This document shows positions 34,656 through 49,350 of a stretch of DNA of 64,000 nt, piece after piece. The translations under genes and the position numbers were made by a program. Under the pieces are notes generated by a model that searched no databases, had not been told where the DNA came from, and saw only the letters and a program-made list of their open reading frames with translations. How positions within the stretch are numbered: the stretch's first letter is position 1; each line of letters starts with the position of its first letter. This stretch comes from Phoronis australis (taxonomy: Eukaryota; Animalia; Phoronida), in NCBI GenBank assembly GCA_002633005.1, contig NMRA01000033.1, positions 1,014,611 through 1,078,610 of the forward strand, read 5' to 3'.

Positions 34656-36391
34656 TTGCGACTGCGTGGTGTTTACTGCTAATTCACTTCCGGTAGTAAA
34701 ACATCCACAACTTTGTTTAGTAGGCAATTAAAATTAATTGGTAGTAATTAGAAGAGTATGGAGAGGTCATCGCGTATTAGTCCAGTCTTTAATGAGTGAC
34801 GTTAGACAGGGGAACCGACAAACCATTTGCCCTGACGCAGAGAATATCCTGTGTGAAGGCCTTATTGCGCATGCCTTAGGTTGACTATTGGACGCAATCA
34901 AAGCCGGGAAGTTTATAACAGTTTATTCTTCAAGCTTACAAAGACCATTCACACGGTGCATTTATCCTGAGTCTTATTATCAAGTACACGATGTAAAAAG
35001 TGAATCAAAAATTAGTCGGCTAAAATAAAATTTAGTGGACTTCAATGAGGATTAGTGCGATCCCTAACATGCCTTACGGTTAGCTATATTTTTTTCAAAA
35101 AATTCGAAAAAATATTCGAATTGAAATGTAATCTCTTGTACATGTATGTGATAAACAATTGGGTGCGAAGTTTTCTTTTTAAAGGGATTTCATCAATAAC
35201 TGTCCCTTTTAAATGGGGTTCAGAGTCAATCTTTGCTGAAAGCAAGCTCTCAATATCGTTCCACAGAAAACGTGTTACGCAATATTCTACCAACAAGTGT
35301 TCGTTTTTAAGTCTAGCATTGCTTACAAAACACATGGGAATCAGAGTCAACACACTTACTTAATTAGTAGGAAGGACTCTATGCAGTAGTTTGTACTGAG
35401 CATGGCATATTTCGTATAGCTTACGCCTGAAAAAAGAAATTTAATAATACTTTCCCAAAGGCAAGGGTCAATAATTCATGCTAAATCGTCAAACTGTTTC
35501 TGAACAGTCGACTTTAATTAATTTTTACTTAATGTATTATTGAAATAACATCCACGCTTGTCAACCAAAAGAGTGGACAATAGTGACGAAAAGAAAATTG
35601 ATGGGACATTTTTAACGCGCACAAGCTTGTACATGTATGATAAAACTTTGCAAAGAAAGGTTTTTATTACTGAATTGACGAAGGTACCGCAAATATTCGT
35701 TCTTAAATATCTTCACAAATTCGACCGTGCACCATGTGTAAGAAAATTAAAAATAATGCTATATTGTTGAAAAGGTTGTAAAATATTGTATCACTTACAC
35801 ATAAACAGTTGCTCACGTAAGAATCATGTCGCTGCGTCAAGTATTTTTAGCGGCAATTCTTTATTCGCGTGTATCAGTTGCACCACAATGTATGCCAATA
35901 AAAGATGACCATTGCTTTAAACATTCACGACAAACTTTAATGTCGTTTCGATTTTGTCTTGGCAAATCAATCGAGTGATAAAACAATCTATTTTTGCCAA
36001 GAAAAATACCCGCACTTTGTTATTTCATTCTACAGAATCAAACTCTCCTTTTTAGTTTGGATCCTGAACTAAAATTTCTGCTGTTCCACGAACGATTAAG
36101 AGAAACTTTTCAATGCTTTTCATAATACGCCTTGGTTAACCTTGCCTGGTTTGTTATTCCAAATAAATTTGGCAAAAAACTGTGTATTTCATTTTAAAAA
36201 TATAGAGACGTATTAGGTATGGAGATACAGTGACCGTAAGGTGCTTTTCTGTTACACGATCTTAAGCCGCGCGATCACGGACATTACTATCCTGCAGTAA
36301 TATAAAATGTTAATTATATCACTTTTTGGTCACAGTAAGAACGGCAACAGCATGTGACCTGACACATGTTGTCTTATCGTATATAATTATC

Positions 36392-36422
36392 CTGATGATG
36401 TCTTATGAATAGACGAAACGTT
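36392..36422 (+). ncRNA. Minimal type I hammerhead ribozyme core motif
   Basis: CTGATGA-T-GTCT(tatgaat)AGAC-GAAA-CG-TT: intact core boxes, 4-bp stem II, palindromic ACGT stem III and a GUU triplet. Stem I pairing is weak. Confidence 0.55.
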
Positions 36423-39400
36423 GAATGAACATAAACTTTTTTATTTGTGCGGCGATTGTCCGTTTTTTAATTTGATATGGCCCCGTAAACACCAAAATTT
36501 CCTCACAGGTTTTTACTCTAAACTGTACTCACTCAAATATTAATAGTCTCGAAAAATGGCGATCACCAAACATTACTCAAGTGATCTAAATGTCTGTCAG
36601 AGGCTCCATCTCCCTCCTTGAAACCCAAAACTATAGTGAGTAAATCGAGCGCCACACGTGCGAATGCGAGCATCAAGGGCTTAGCGTTTTCCAGGAAAAA
36701 ATAAAATAACATGCTCTGGGATATTTTTAATCCTTGCTCTTGTTTCTATAAACGTTTGTAAGACTACATCGGGAAGTTACATTTTATAAATATTTTGGAA
36801 GGACTGTATAAAATATCTACAGTGCGGGAGATCTCCCGCCGACGGTAGGAGAGTTGGACCCAGTGAGTACTCAGACTCGAGAAACATTCATAGGTGTAAT
36901 AAAACAGGAAAAATAAATAGCCAATTTTTAAACCTAGCGTCTTCTACAACCCAAATGAATTTGAAGTTTTCCACTTCAAGGAGGTATGAAAAAGATCTCT
37001 GTCGTCTGTATATTGTTCGAATGAAACGTTCAGGGTACGTATTTTGTGAATGGATTTCACCTTTTTTACACTGTTTCAAATTTTAGGAAATATACTTCCA
37101 GTGTATAATAAGGTATAGAATTTTGAACTTGAGGACTCAAATAAATTGCACTTCATATTGAGTACTTTTTCAAGGATGCTTACTAACAATCTGGCAGGTT
37201 TTGGGTAATTTTCCCACCAATGGCAGTCACTCGAGTACTCCAAGAATTATTGGTGGTACCACTTTCAGGAATACAACCTGGGCAACTGAGTGTTACTCAA
37301 CATTTCAAATACCTTTGGTGGAGTACATTTTGGTGGTCTTCAAAACATGAAAAATTAAGTTACTCGGTCGGAGTATTTTATAAATTTTCGGGTAATAAAC
37401 TAGTTAAAGGTTTGGTGGTTCGTGATCAGTTGATGCTGCACATGCAAGTCCACATCACGGTGGACGGAAGGTTTTCAACATACCAGTGAAAAATCGAAAC
37501 GATGTATGAAATGTCATGACGTCAATTTCGTTCCGCCATTGAAAAGTCTCAGTGCACTTTTGCCAGCGTTACTTCCTCGGCGAGAGTGAAAACTTTGCCA
37601 CACTGATGACGTATGCCGGAAGTAAACACTGACATCAAAGGAGAACCAAATGACCTATAGAAGAATTAATATTGGTAATTTAAGAAAAGGAAGCTCAATC
37701 AAATGGCAATTTAATTTCTGTTACACCGCATGGCACCCCTAGTAAATTCGTTGGGCGCTTGGGGAATTCAAATAAGTGGAGACGCTTTGCGTCATTGTTC
37801 AATGAAAAAAACGTAGATTATCGGTCCACCAGGCTGTTCGATCCGATGTTTCGATTTTGAATCCATTACTAACTCCACTTTACAACGGCAAACATGTTCC
37901 ACATCTAACACGACCACTTTCACAGGAATGAAGCCCTCTAGCTTAGCAGAGTACCCTACATGTACATGTAAGCAGGCCTTTAATATTTTTCTAAGGTTAA
38001 CGGAAAAAATAGCCCTTTATTTTTTTGGCAACATGCTATCATTTTCGGAGTATACTGTAAAATTCAGATTTTGCGGACCACACTATTAATATGAGCCAGT
38101 CAGTTAGCCAATTTAATCACTGTTCAATCTAAACAAAATCCTTAGCGGCCTCAGCTAATTCCTTGTCATAGTCGGGTAAGACATAACCAAGAGTTAGATT
38201 CTGGTTACGTAATAATTAAATAAACTGATCTTTCATTTGCATTTGTAAACACTCCAGATAACTTATAGACGTCGCTATGTTTACTGTATGGGCGAGATTA
38301 CGTTGCGTGAATCTCACTCAGTCACGAACAAGCCAAAATTCACGCTAGCTCTCGAACTCAGGAAATATAAACTCGTTAAGTTATACTACATGTGTATAAT
38401 TATGGTTCGATTATAATTTGAGGAAGAGGCATCGAATGAATATTATAGGCGCGGAGTAATAAGAAAATTGAATCCTAATCACTATGCAGAATAGACGATG
38501 GAGTTCTTCATTACGGAGTGGTTTTCTTGGCCTTGAATTCAGTGAAGTTATTGATAACCGAAATCTATGTGACGTTCACTTTGAAAACACTTACTATCGC
38601 GGTACACGCTTCTGTGCTGTACTGCGGCAATACAAAACCAAATTTACCACTGTGGACCCAAAATGAAAAAAATATTTTGAAATGCAAGTTTTCAAATGCA
38701 TTGCGTATGCAAATTATTTTTAACATGAGGTTCTATCATTTTGATGGAATAACCATTCAGAAATGTGTAATATTGGTTATGAACCCCAACAACGGCTTTT
38801 CAGATACCCTTAGCGTTTACTCGGCGGACTATGCCAGTGGTTCGAGGCGTTATCTCATAAATATCGGAACATCATCGAAAGTTAGCACTAAGTCCTACCA
38901 TCTTTGAAACTTTCCGGTACACTTCTTTAAAATACATGGATGGTCATTGTTGTTTCCGTGACAAAACGTTGTTAAAGAAATCATCGTCAAAGCAAGAACA
39001 AGTTATCAGATAGAGACAGGCACGGCTATTACTTGTTTATCATTTCACACTCATCTGACAATTTACACTGGTTTTGATTCTCTAGGGTTTTCCGTGTAGA
39101 CTGGGACGCATGCAACAGCCACAGCGTGGAGCAAGAGAATCAGCCCACGGTCTCGTGCGATACTAAAATGGAACTCACCTTGACTTCCTAAGCCCAATTG
39201 CCGGTAGGCCAACCTGGAAGAGCTTTGACAGGGTTTGAATTTCCCAACGTTTATGTACAGAGAACTCAGATAATGTTTTACAACTACTACATCGCATTCA
39301 AGCGGTATCCCACATGAGACTAGCTGGTTGTAACCTTGACCAAATGTCTTTGACTCACACCAATAACTGAAACACCATAAATCAAGCAACGGACGACGAG

Positions 39401-42400
39401 AAACGGCGATATCAAATAAAGTTCATAATCAGACTATATGTTGTGATAAATCCAGATTGCCGAAATCCTTTCGTAGCCATAATCGGTACTTGTATTTTTG
39501 GATTACGTTACAGTCTATTCGAAGACTAAGTCCAATTCACGAACGTGTAGTTGACAATCAAACTTGTGCTGATCGAGACGTTTTGATATCAACTAGCCAA
39601 TAAATCTTCTCAAAATGGTATGAACAATCCAAGTCACACTGCCACCATAAAAGCCTTGACTAATCCGGAGGGTTACTACTTTTATGCGTTATCTGCGGGG
39701 ATGCACATTCGCTATCGCAATTAGAAGATGTTGATTCGGCAAGCATTAACTATGAGGGTCGATTTTACTGGATTCTAACTTCATTCTGATTCCGCCGTAT
39801 TTGAGAGATCACTTTAATTAAACTATATTCCCCAAATACATGTAGGCCTATGTACAGATGGGTTTTACAGGTTTTCAAATAACTGAACATGTTGGCCACG
39901 TTAGCTTGTCAAGCATGTGCATCTCTTAGATTCGAAAATTACTCCACGGTTCGTTTTCCCTGTTACACTTGACTTCGTATTGGGCAGTGACCCCCCGGAT
40001 TGTACCTCACTCAACCAGATAGGGGTCCACAGTTCCCTCGCCTGTTTGTTTACCCTTCATGCAGTCGTATTACGTCGATATCTATTTGGAGTTATTCAGC
40101 GTCTTTATGGTGGAGATTGTGGTCACGATAATATGGTCACGGTCATCAAGTTTAATGTGTATTGGTAGAAATTGTTCCGGAAATGTTGGATATTCCACCA
40201 ACAACTTCCCTATAAAGTTGGACATTCCGACGCCTTTTCGGGTGGCTGTTTGTTATTCATTATCAAATTGTACGCAAGTATAATTGCAAGAGGCCACCAT
40301 CGTTGCTTTATCAGTTTGCATTCAAGCTTTCATTCAAACTTCTTCGTAATTGTCGAAGTCAAATTTATTCTTCTTTACCTAAGCTTAGGAATTGAAAATG
40401 AAGACGAGGTTCACTTGTTTTAGTCCCCAGCAGCCAGTACAGTTCACCATATAGTGCGAGTACCACTAAATACCCAGCCGCCATTATCCTATATACATGT
40501 ACGTGTATTAGTGCATTAAGACCCACGAATGTGACTGTGAACTACGCTGAATTTGGGTGCATTGCCAATGGTACAAAAATGTTAATTAGTTAGCAAGGAA
40601 TATTTGGTTTAAGACTTTAACTATTACGATACAACGGGGACCTGTTTATTCATGATTAAGCAGTTTCAAACCAAAAATAAGCGACTCACTAATCTTGTTT
40701 CACGCTCACCCACGTACGCTCTAAATGAAGTTTCGACACCTGTGCAAGCTATGTGTAGAATTCGAAAAAATCACATTATTTTAAATTTTTAGCGCATAGG
40801 TCGGAAAACGTACATGTACGCATCAGGGATTTAGACTCCATCTCGCATGCGTGTGTTTTATTTTCAAATATGGAGTATGCACTAACGTGTGTTGTTCAAC
40901 GACGGTATCATCTGAGACAACAACGAAACTTAGCTTTAAATGTGACGTTAACGATGTTTAAAATCATTTCCCGAAATCAGTCCTAATGCCGAAACTCTCG
41001 CGTGGCACTCATACGCTGAGCTCACCGAGTAATGGTAGTGTATTTTAAACTGATTTACTTAGAATGCCGTAGTCGCGGGCCTTGATTTTAGAGCACGCGT
41101 TTTTCAGACTTTAAAAACAATAACGTTCCTTTAAGCGAATTCTTACTTGGCAAGCCGTATGTAATTACTAAAGCTCTAATTCAGTCATATATTTGTAATC
41201 TGAATTTTGTAATCACGTGGTAACATTAACATATTGGCTGCCCAGTTACGCAGCGAGTGTCTGAAGACGACGAAACAAGCGTTTCGAAAAATTACACGAG
41301 AGAGTCATCGGAAATGTGGCACTTATGTTTTCTAATTTACCATAAAGAATCATTACAAAGTTCATTTGTGTACACGGTCAAATAAGACAAGGTATATCAG
41401 ACTAGTTCATTACCCACGTATTAATCAAATGGCGTCTTCATCCCTAACATTGCACCACATGATGAGGTATGATTATAATATCGTGTCTCCCAATTAGTAG
41501 ATGTAGACGTATACAGTGTTTAATTGTATCGAAGGGAATCCCATGTTGTACACACTAGTACTCTGGCATTCAATCTAATTGACGTTAGATGTAAAGAAAA
41601 ACTAATCTGCGAGAGTAATTTAAAAACTGGTGATGGATTATGACTCTTGGCTTTCCGCTCTCACAGGATGTACACAAGTGTACCTTTACAAAAGATTGAT
41701 CACCCGTAATTTAAAGTTTCTTGGTAAAATGTACTTGCATACGTTAAGCCATCACATTGCTCCCCAAAATTTTAGGATTAAGGTGGTTCGCAGCAAATCC
41801 CGTAGTTACTACTCGGAGTGCGTCGACTTGTGCCAATCAAAGATATACATGCACTCTGCGTTGTCGCACACTTCAATCATTTACCCGTGAGCCCGAGAGT
41901 GCAATCACAACCCCATGCCAGACTGGGTCTTCGGTAAACTGAGACTGTTAATGTGAAAAACAAACCCCCAAAAGGGGAGGGCCAGGCTCTCGCTTGTGAA
42001 TAGGAAGGATGGATCAATTTTTATTTTTGGGTTTTCAGGTTGCGTTACTGATGCCGCGTGTCAAACGTTAAAATTTCTTCACTTTGCCGTCACAATTAAT
42101 GGTAGAGTGTCGGTTTAACATGTACAACAGAAATCTGGCCTTACACTATGAGTCCCACTTCACAATTACAGAGCAAAGCTTTGGTCACCTAATTAATTAT
42201 GAGAGCATCACAGTCTAAAATAATTTACAGAAATTTCCCCATAACTAACAGTTATATGTATACTGTCTTCATGACTCGGAGATTGTCACGTGACTCATTG
42301 CTTGACATTGAAATCGTGTTCGCTTTCAAACCTTGCTTACCCTTGTGTACACGCCTTTGTGCATATTTTAAAGGAAACTCGGGACATCGGCTAAAATTGA

Positions 42401-45072
42401 TGCGGATGAGTGCCGGTCTCAACAGGAAAGGTAGAGGCCAAAACCAGCTGTGCTTATTTACCATTTATCTTATAATGTCAAGTGATCATTTCTCATTTTG
42501 ATAACTGAGATTCATTTTTTCTACTTCTGTGATTCGTAAATTCCCGCTTTGCCGAACTATTCTTAGTTATTGGGGCGAAATGTCGTCGATTTCCTTGCCG
42601 TTTGAAAGTGAACCCACTCGTTGACGAGACGGCCTCGCCACCTGGCGTCTAACCGATTGCCTATTGACAAGATTCTCAGCCCAACACAGATCAGCCAAGG
42701 CGGGCATTTGAGATATCACAGACTCGTGTACAGTCACGCGTTTTAATACTTGTTAAAACAAAACAAATCTAACACCCATGTTTTCATTTTATGCCTTCCA
42801 CGGATGTCAATCGGTTACCTCACGACAAATAAATTCACATTTTATACACATGAGGTCAAAATCGATAACAAAACGAGTCGGTTAGCTAAGATAACACGAA
42901 AACTTAGTCTGTTGCTAAGCCCAGCTGGACGCAATGTCTTGCACTAGTATGTATCTCTCTTTTGATTCTAAATTACAAAGCAGACCTTGTTGCAAGTGTC
43001 ATGGAGGAAATTTAGCAATTAGGAAAATTTATTTGCAACTGAATCTATCGTTTCGCGTACTATATCTCTCTAACATCTCATTGAACAAAATCTACACATG
43101 CGAAATTATTTTCCGATTGGGACTTCAACTTTAATAAAATATTAATAAGGCGAAAAAAACGTTGGTTCTGGTAGATGATTTTTTTCGAGTGTGTGGCGCA
43201 CTTATTTTTCTGGTATTCACTTTTTCAAACTGAAAACATTAATTCAACTGGCCTGAGACGAGCAAAATGATACATGTATGGACTTTTTTGTGTTTATTTG
43301 CCCATAGCGTTTGAATTATTTGGCGTTTGAATTGTTTACCCTTGCTCACGTGCCTCTGTGTTGGATTTTTTCATAAAACAAGGAACCGGCTGAAATTGAT
43401 GCAGAACTCGGCGTTTTTTTATTTTTTGTAGAAGAGCACATGTCTCAAAATGAGTCGGGGTAAAGACCAAGCGAAGGTTCGGCAGACTCGAGAAGCTCAC
43501 GAAAACGCAAAACTTCACAAGACAGATTCATGTACTACAAGCGATGCGCATGATCACACTAGCTTCCTTCACGAGATTCTTGCGTTTATGGAACTCATTT
43601 AACTCCAGAATCAACTTAGCTGTTTTGACATAACTGTTGGTTTTAAACTGCATTACCCTAGTAAGGTGTCGAGTTCCTTCGGTTTCAGACATGTTTGAGC
43701 TCACAGCCTGTGGTGTAATTCATTAAAACGTTTTTATCATTACTATCGTAATTATCGGCACATTATGAGGTCATTATTTTGCTTCGTAGAAATCTCATTA
43801 TCCACGAAAAGCGAAAAAATGCGGTTAAAATAACGTTTTACGTTATCTATACGCCTAGATATTTAAAATGGTTACTGAAACATTCCTAACCGTACCACTC
43901 AAGCGGCAGAAATCCTCACCACGCGCGTCGTTTCACTTTGAGAAACCACTATGGTCAGTGAACCCCTCAAGGGATCGGTAATACCTCGACAGTAAATTAG
44001 GGGTCATCGAGATTGAATGAAAAATATTGTGTTTGTTGTGCCGCTTTCCATTACAATAGTTAACATGCTTAGCATTCAAACCTAGTGCATCTTTTCACAT
44101 ACAGACTCCTCCACAACCCACTCCTCCCAGGAACCTGAACAGTGTTTCAAATTCTTATCCATTCTTGTGTCGAAGTTTGTAGCCGAAACAATATATTCTA
44201 TCAATAGGACGGGAAAGACCATGAAATGACGACACGTTTGCTGGAAGGGCAGCTGCTAGAAAATGACAACCAATCCCTCCCAATTGTGAGCAGTCAGGAT
44301 ACACGAGGTGCGATTTTGGACTAAGTGCACTTTTGTTACTTCAAGTAAACACTTCAAGATCTCTTTGTATTTATGTTCTTTATACCAATGAAAAAACATT
44401 CTCCCTCCACGCGTCAAAATGATAATGAATACAATTAATTGTCCTGACTGAAATGGATCTCAACTGCCAGTTGGTATTGAGCACGCATCCCTCGTGCCAC
44501 CCGTTCCGACTGCGGGCTTGCTAAACTATTGATTTACAGCAAAACGTTATAACGTGCTGATTAATAGCTTTTATTGGAACTTTCAGGTGGCTACGTTATT
44601 TTGGCAAATACATTGGCAGCTGTCATATATCTATTAGACAGACGTTCATCAGTTATAAACCATGACCGTTTAATATTATGGAATATTAAATGCGAAAAAT
44701 ACAATTCACAACTTCTGAAACTGATTGGTTCCCATGTTACTTTCGTCGCCCTCTGCTGGTGGTCATTGTCAGCAAATTGCAAGGCCATGGACCATGAATT
44801 AGTGATCATTCCCCTGCTGTAGAAGGAACCACGCGGCTTCGCAACATCTGTAATATTTCAGTAAGTTCCAGAAGTTGTGATTTATATTTTTGGCATCTAG
44901 TTATTCACGTGGACGAATGACAATGTCGATCCTCTAAGCCGAAGATTATTAATATCCGCTAATATGGATGACACCGTGGTGTACACGTAGACTCTTTATT
45001 TGCATGACAACTGGTTAGCTAAGTGCCGTTCAGTGCTTGCCTTACCTGTGGGAGTTAACACCACTGCTAACC

Positions 45073-45230
45073 AGCCTCCCGTTCAGTAACGTTAGGACCT
45101 CGCTAAAAACCAAGACTTCGCGAGATTACGTGAGATATTGCCGTGCTCTTTAAATGAGAACACGTGACTTTGACTAGGTTTTAGCTAGGTCCTAGCGTAG
45201 GTCCTAGCGTCTACTGAACGCACGCCCGCT
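45073..45230 (+). mobile_element. MITE family 1 copy
   Basis: cgttcagtaacgttaggacctcgctaaaa...gcgagattacgtgagatattgccgtg...ttttagctaggtcctagcg...tactgaacg. Confidence 0.8.
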
Positions 45231-48200
45231 GGGTTGTCCCCAACTAGTCACATTCCTATTACCCGGCCACACTGTGACGGGTCCGGTCACTGAGCTTGAC
45301 CGGAAACCTGCATTCTCAGTACTGTTTTAACCCATTTGTCCGTTTTGTGTACATGTATCTACCTGGTCAATTTACCTTATTTTAAAGTCCCTTGGGTTGT
45401 GTACATGTACACGTACCTGTCAGGTGCTGAATTCGTTGACATTTCAACTGTCTTTGCTCTAGCCCATGTGCTAGGTGACCCGGCGACTAACACCCATCTG
45501 CTATCGCGTGCATTTACATGTACCTACCTGGTATAAACTATACCAGAGGTTTCTACAAACAGGCCCATTGGGCGTACATAAGGACAATTTTCATAGACAC
45601 CGAGTGCGTGCATTTGGAAAAATGATCATTGTTAAATCAACTAAAATTCTCCAGTTCCATAGGAGACTAAAGTAAAATTTCAACAGTAAACTCCGATTGT
45701 TCCAGCGGCGACAATCATATATCGATAATGTTGTGTATTTACTTGTTTGTTTTACCGCCAGGTGGCAGAGTACTGATACATATACACACATCCGTGGTAT
45801 CCTGGCTGTACCCATCTGGTACGTTCCACAACTATAGCATGTCAAATGACAAAAGCCTTGCCCAGAATTTGCCAAAACATCAAGTTGAACGTGAAATAAA
45901 TAATACTTGCGTTGCTTTACTTTTGTTTCATACGTGTGTGTGAGAATAATTTGGGGTCTAGTTAAAGCCGAGTCTAAATACATAGCGAACTAAAAGCGCT
46001 TTCGGAAATGATACCAAACCCCAATTTATAATTAATGTTTTGATCTAACACCCATTCTCTCGCTTGACTTTGTGATTACTGTATTTTTCAAGAAGCTTAT
46101 GTTCAAGTTACGTTGTTTATTGCGCTGTAAAAAAGTAATCTAGAAAACAATCCGGGGAAAACTGAACTTTAATTTGTTCTTGGAGAAATAATCGTTGCAG
46201 CATAGATTTCGGCTCTATATAAATCGAGGCTAAAAGCCACAGGCAGTCCTTTCGACCCGTCAGGTTCAGAGGGCAACCATCCCATGAAGGAGTTTTTCAT
46301 TGTCAACCATTTTGTTTACATGGCGTTTATCGCCGCGATATGGCCATTGCAGTATAATGTCAAACCGCAGTGGCATCCGCGGCCAAAATGTCAGCGAATT
46401 GATTTTACACAAAAGAGTGCTTAAGTTTACAAACGCGGACTTTTTATTAAATGATATAAACCACCGCCGGAATGTGACCAGCGAACCTTAGTAACGACAC
46501 TGTACTAGTGGGTATAACTTGCAAGTAGCGTCCTGAAAAAACATTTGAAGCTCGTGAACTTGAATAAAATTTCGCTCATGCCAGCCTCACGGTAAAAAAT
46601 CGAGTGCTACTCTTTCAGAAAATGTCAGATGTATGACGATTCTTAGTTACATAGTTTGAGTTGAGATGGTTAACATTTTGATGACGTGCATTTTGAAAGT
46701 TCATTTTAAAGCGCCTCTAACTCTTTCGGCTTTGATAAAGCAAATCAATCCATTTCTTAATCGTTTTCCTGTTACCCTCTCATCATGCGAAACGTTATGT
46801 CTGCGCAGTGAATGCGATAACAGAGCGAACCGAAAGCAGAAATGCAACATTAATATCGTTGAATATTCCTTAAGGATTCCCCTGAATTTTTAACTCATCA
46901 ATTAAGGTCTGCCGATAGAGCACATACCTTAGTTTTTAAACAATCTTTCTTTTGACAAAATCTCGAAGTCAACCAGATGATCGTCTACATGCACGTGCAT
47001 GTCGAAAATTATGAGTAATGTGAACAATTCATTGAGTGTAAATCGGCACAGGATTATTACGAAATCAATTCTTCGACATGAACATCTTCTTCAAGTTAAG
47101 TGACTCTGCAATCCGTAACAAATTTACAAACGGTGAGACATCGGTTCCTGAATTTTACACGTTATTTTCAGTTTCTACCTTGATTAATGAAGGCGATTAC
47201 TCAACTAACAAGATGCAAGATACGCTGTTAGCCAATTTCTCTGGGTTGTTTATTTATTAACGTTTTTATGTTTAAACGCATTTAGCCTACTTCGCAGTTG
47301 ATTTGGGAAATGTTCACTCATCAATTGCAAGATCATTAGATACCTCGCAGTCTCATTCACTTTGCCATTAGCCACGCCGGCAATTAAAATATCACCAAAA
47401 GGAGGCAAGTATTACTTACATTACTCCATAAACAAAAGTATTACCCAATAAAACGAGTACTTACCTGTTCACACCTTTCACTTTGATATCCCAGCTTTTT
47501 ATGTAACAACGCAATTATTCCACCACTTCAACAGTAACAAGTTTCTTCAAGTCGTTTATCAGTTAAGTCCCGAAATTCCACAGTTTTAAGATAACAACCT
47601 CGCAGCTGCGGCTGGTTTTCTGTACAAACCATTTTAAATTTTCCAAACACTGTTATTTATAATCTCAATCCGGTTTCTAATCAAGAGCCAATCTTGTACG
47701 GCACCTACACTACACACGCCAGAAGAGTTGAGAAAAAATGAAACAACGCACTCACTGTTGACCGGTCGTGTGGTGATATTGAAGTATCCTTTCAAGAGCG
47801 TATTGCCGGAGATTTGAACTGCACTGCATCCCTCAAAAGGTTTATGATTTATACGTTGAAAGCCTTATCGCATCTCACAGCGATAAGGAAGCGGCGTACG
47901 CATAAAACCGACAGTCCCGTACCATTTTTCTGAGTATTAATAAATTTCATCAACCCGAAGCCCACCCTATTTGTCATTTTTAATATCAGGTTTATAAAAT
48001 TAAAAATGGAATTATTTAGGAAGCTGCACATAACATTTTAACAATGCGCAACTTACTAGCATAACCAGTCATGCACTCGTTTCTACCAAGATAGAAACTC
48101 GACGTAGGTCAACTGTACATATAAAAAATCTGGAACTGGGCAATTTGCACGGACATAAGTTTCACTAATTCAGCCTTAAACTTTTAAGTCGTTGCTGCCT

Positions 48201-48867
48201 CAGGAAGACAGAGCAAAGTTTTAAAGGAAATATAATGTTCAGTTTTCAGTCTTCAAAAGTGAATACTAGTAAACAAACAACATTTTTCTCAATATTTGTG
48301 ATTCAAATGTGGTATTGAACAGTTTGATAAGAAACACAAAGTTAACGAAGCGAAGTCAATTTCAGTTTTGTATAAAATGCATCGCTTCTAATCACATACA
48401 CTATAAAATGGTGTTTTCACACGTGGAGTTAGATACGTTACCCTATGGCACTCCCTTCACATGATACAGCTAGGGGACGATTACCCTGCCTCACAGCGCC
48501 ACCTATACGACAATGTAACCCTATGAAATGATGAACGACGTACGTTATGCCCTTTGTGTAGGCATCAGTGCGCCGGTCTTAGTTTGGATGTTTGCCCTAT
48601 ATGTACAGAAGGTAATAACCGGAAAAAGTACAATGAATCGTTTTGTTGTTTTGTTCAAGTTTGACACCTGGACATCTTGCGCGTGTCAAAACTCGAAATG
48701 TGTGGAATGCATCGATTTAGCTTGTTCTACTTGTGGTTGAAACAACCATAAGTTACGAAGGAATTTCTCAATAGATGGAGCAGCCTGCTGCTGCATTTCT
48801 TAACATCTTTGGATGTTTTATCTCTACCAATCGGAATGTCCAAGTGCTACTTCGTTATGATAATTAA

Positions 48868-49350
48868 CAGTGGCGTGCAGAAGGGTGGGTGGGGGTTTGC
48901 AACGGGGTTACGGCAGCGGGCATCCACATCGGGGAGCATCAAAACACTATGAATATCTATTTTGAAATTGTGGCTAGTTTTTAGTTAACTTGAATTATTT
49001 ATGTTTCATTTTTTTACTGTTCTTGGTACCACGACCTATGCAGCTGAGTAGCGAGAGGACCAATGGCAGATCCACGTTTTCAGGGGAGGGGGTGTGGGTT
49101 AGGAATCCGAGGAGCACGGCGTAGCGCCGAGCGGAGGGAAGGTCGGGACGGGGTTTCCCTCCTCCCGTGCAAGATTTTTTTTGGTTTTTAGTACCTGATT
49201 TTGTTTTCCTGGCGACATTTTTTAATTTTTATTTTTGATTCTGTCCCGAGGGGGGTTTGAGCCCCCTGAACCTCCCCATACATCCGCCCCTGACTGAGGA
49301 CATCCAACATAAAGTTGCCCAGGGTATCACCAAACCTCAGCACGCTACTG
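48868..49350. mobile_element. Nested hAT-like MITEs: outer 48868-49350, inner 49061-49292
   Basis: Outer TIR cagtggcgtgc / gcacgctactg with imperfect TSD ataattaa / ctaatcaa. Inner caatggcagat / atccgcccctg flanked by gaggac repeats. The interior is GC-rich. Confidence 0.6.

Noticed and set aside
44170-44330. LINE RT-like fragment (INRTGKT..LPIVSS...GAILD)
   Set aside because: Similarity too weak to call by eye.
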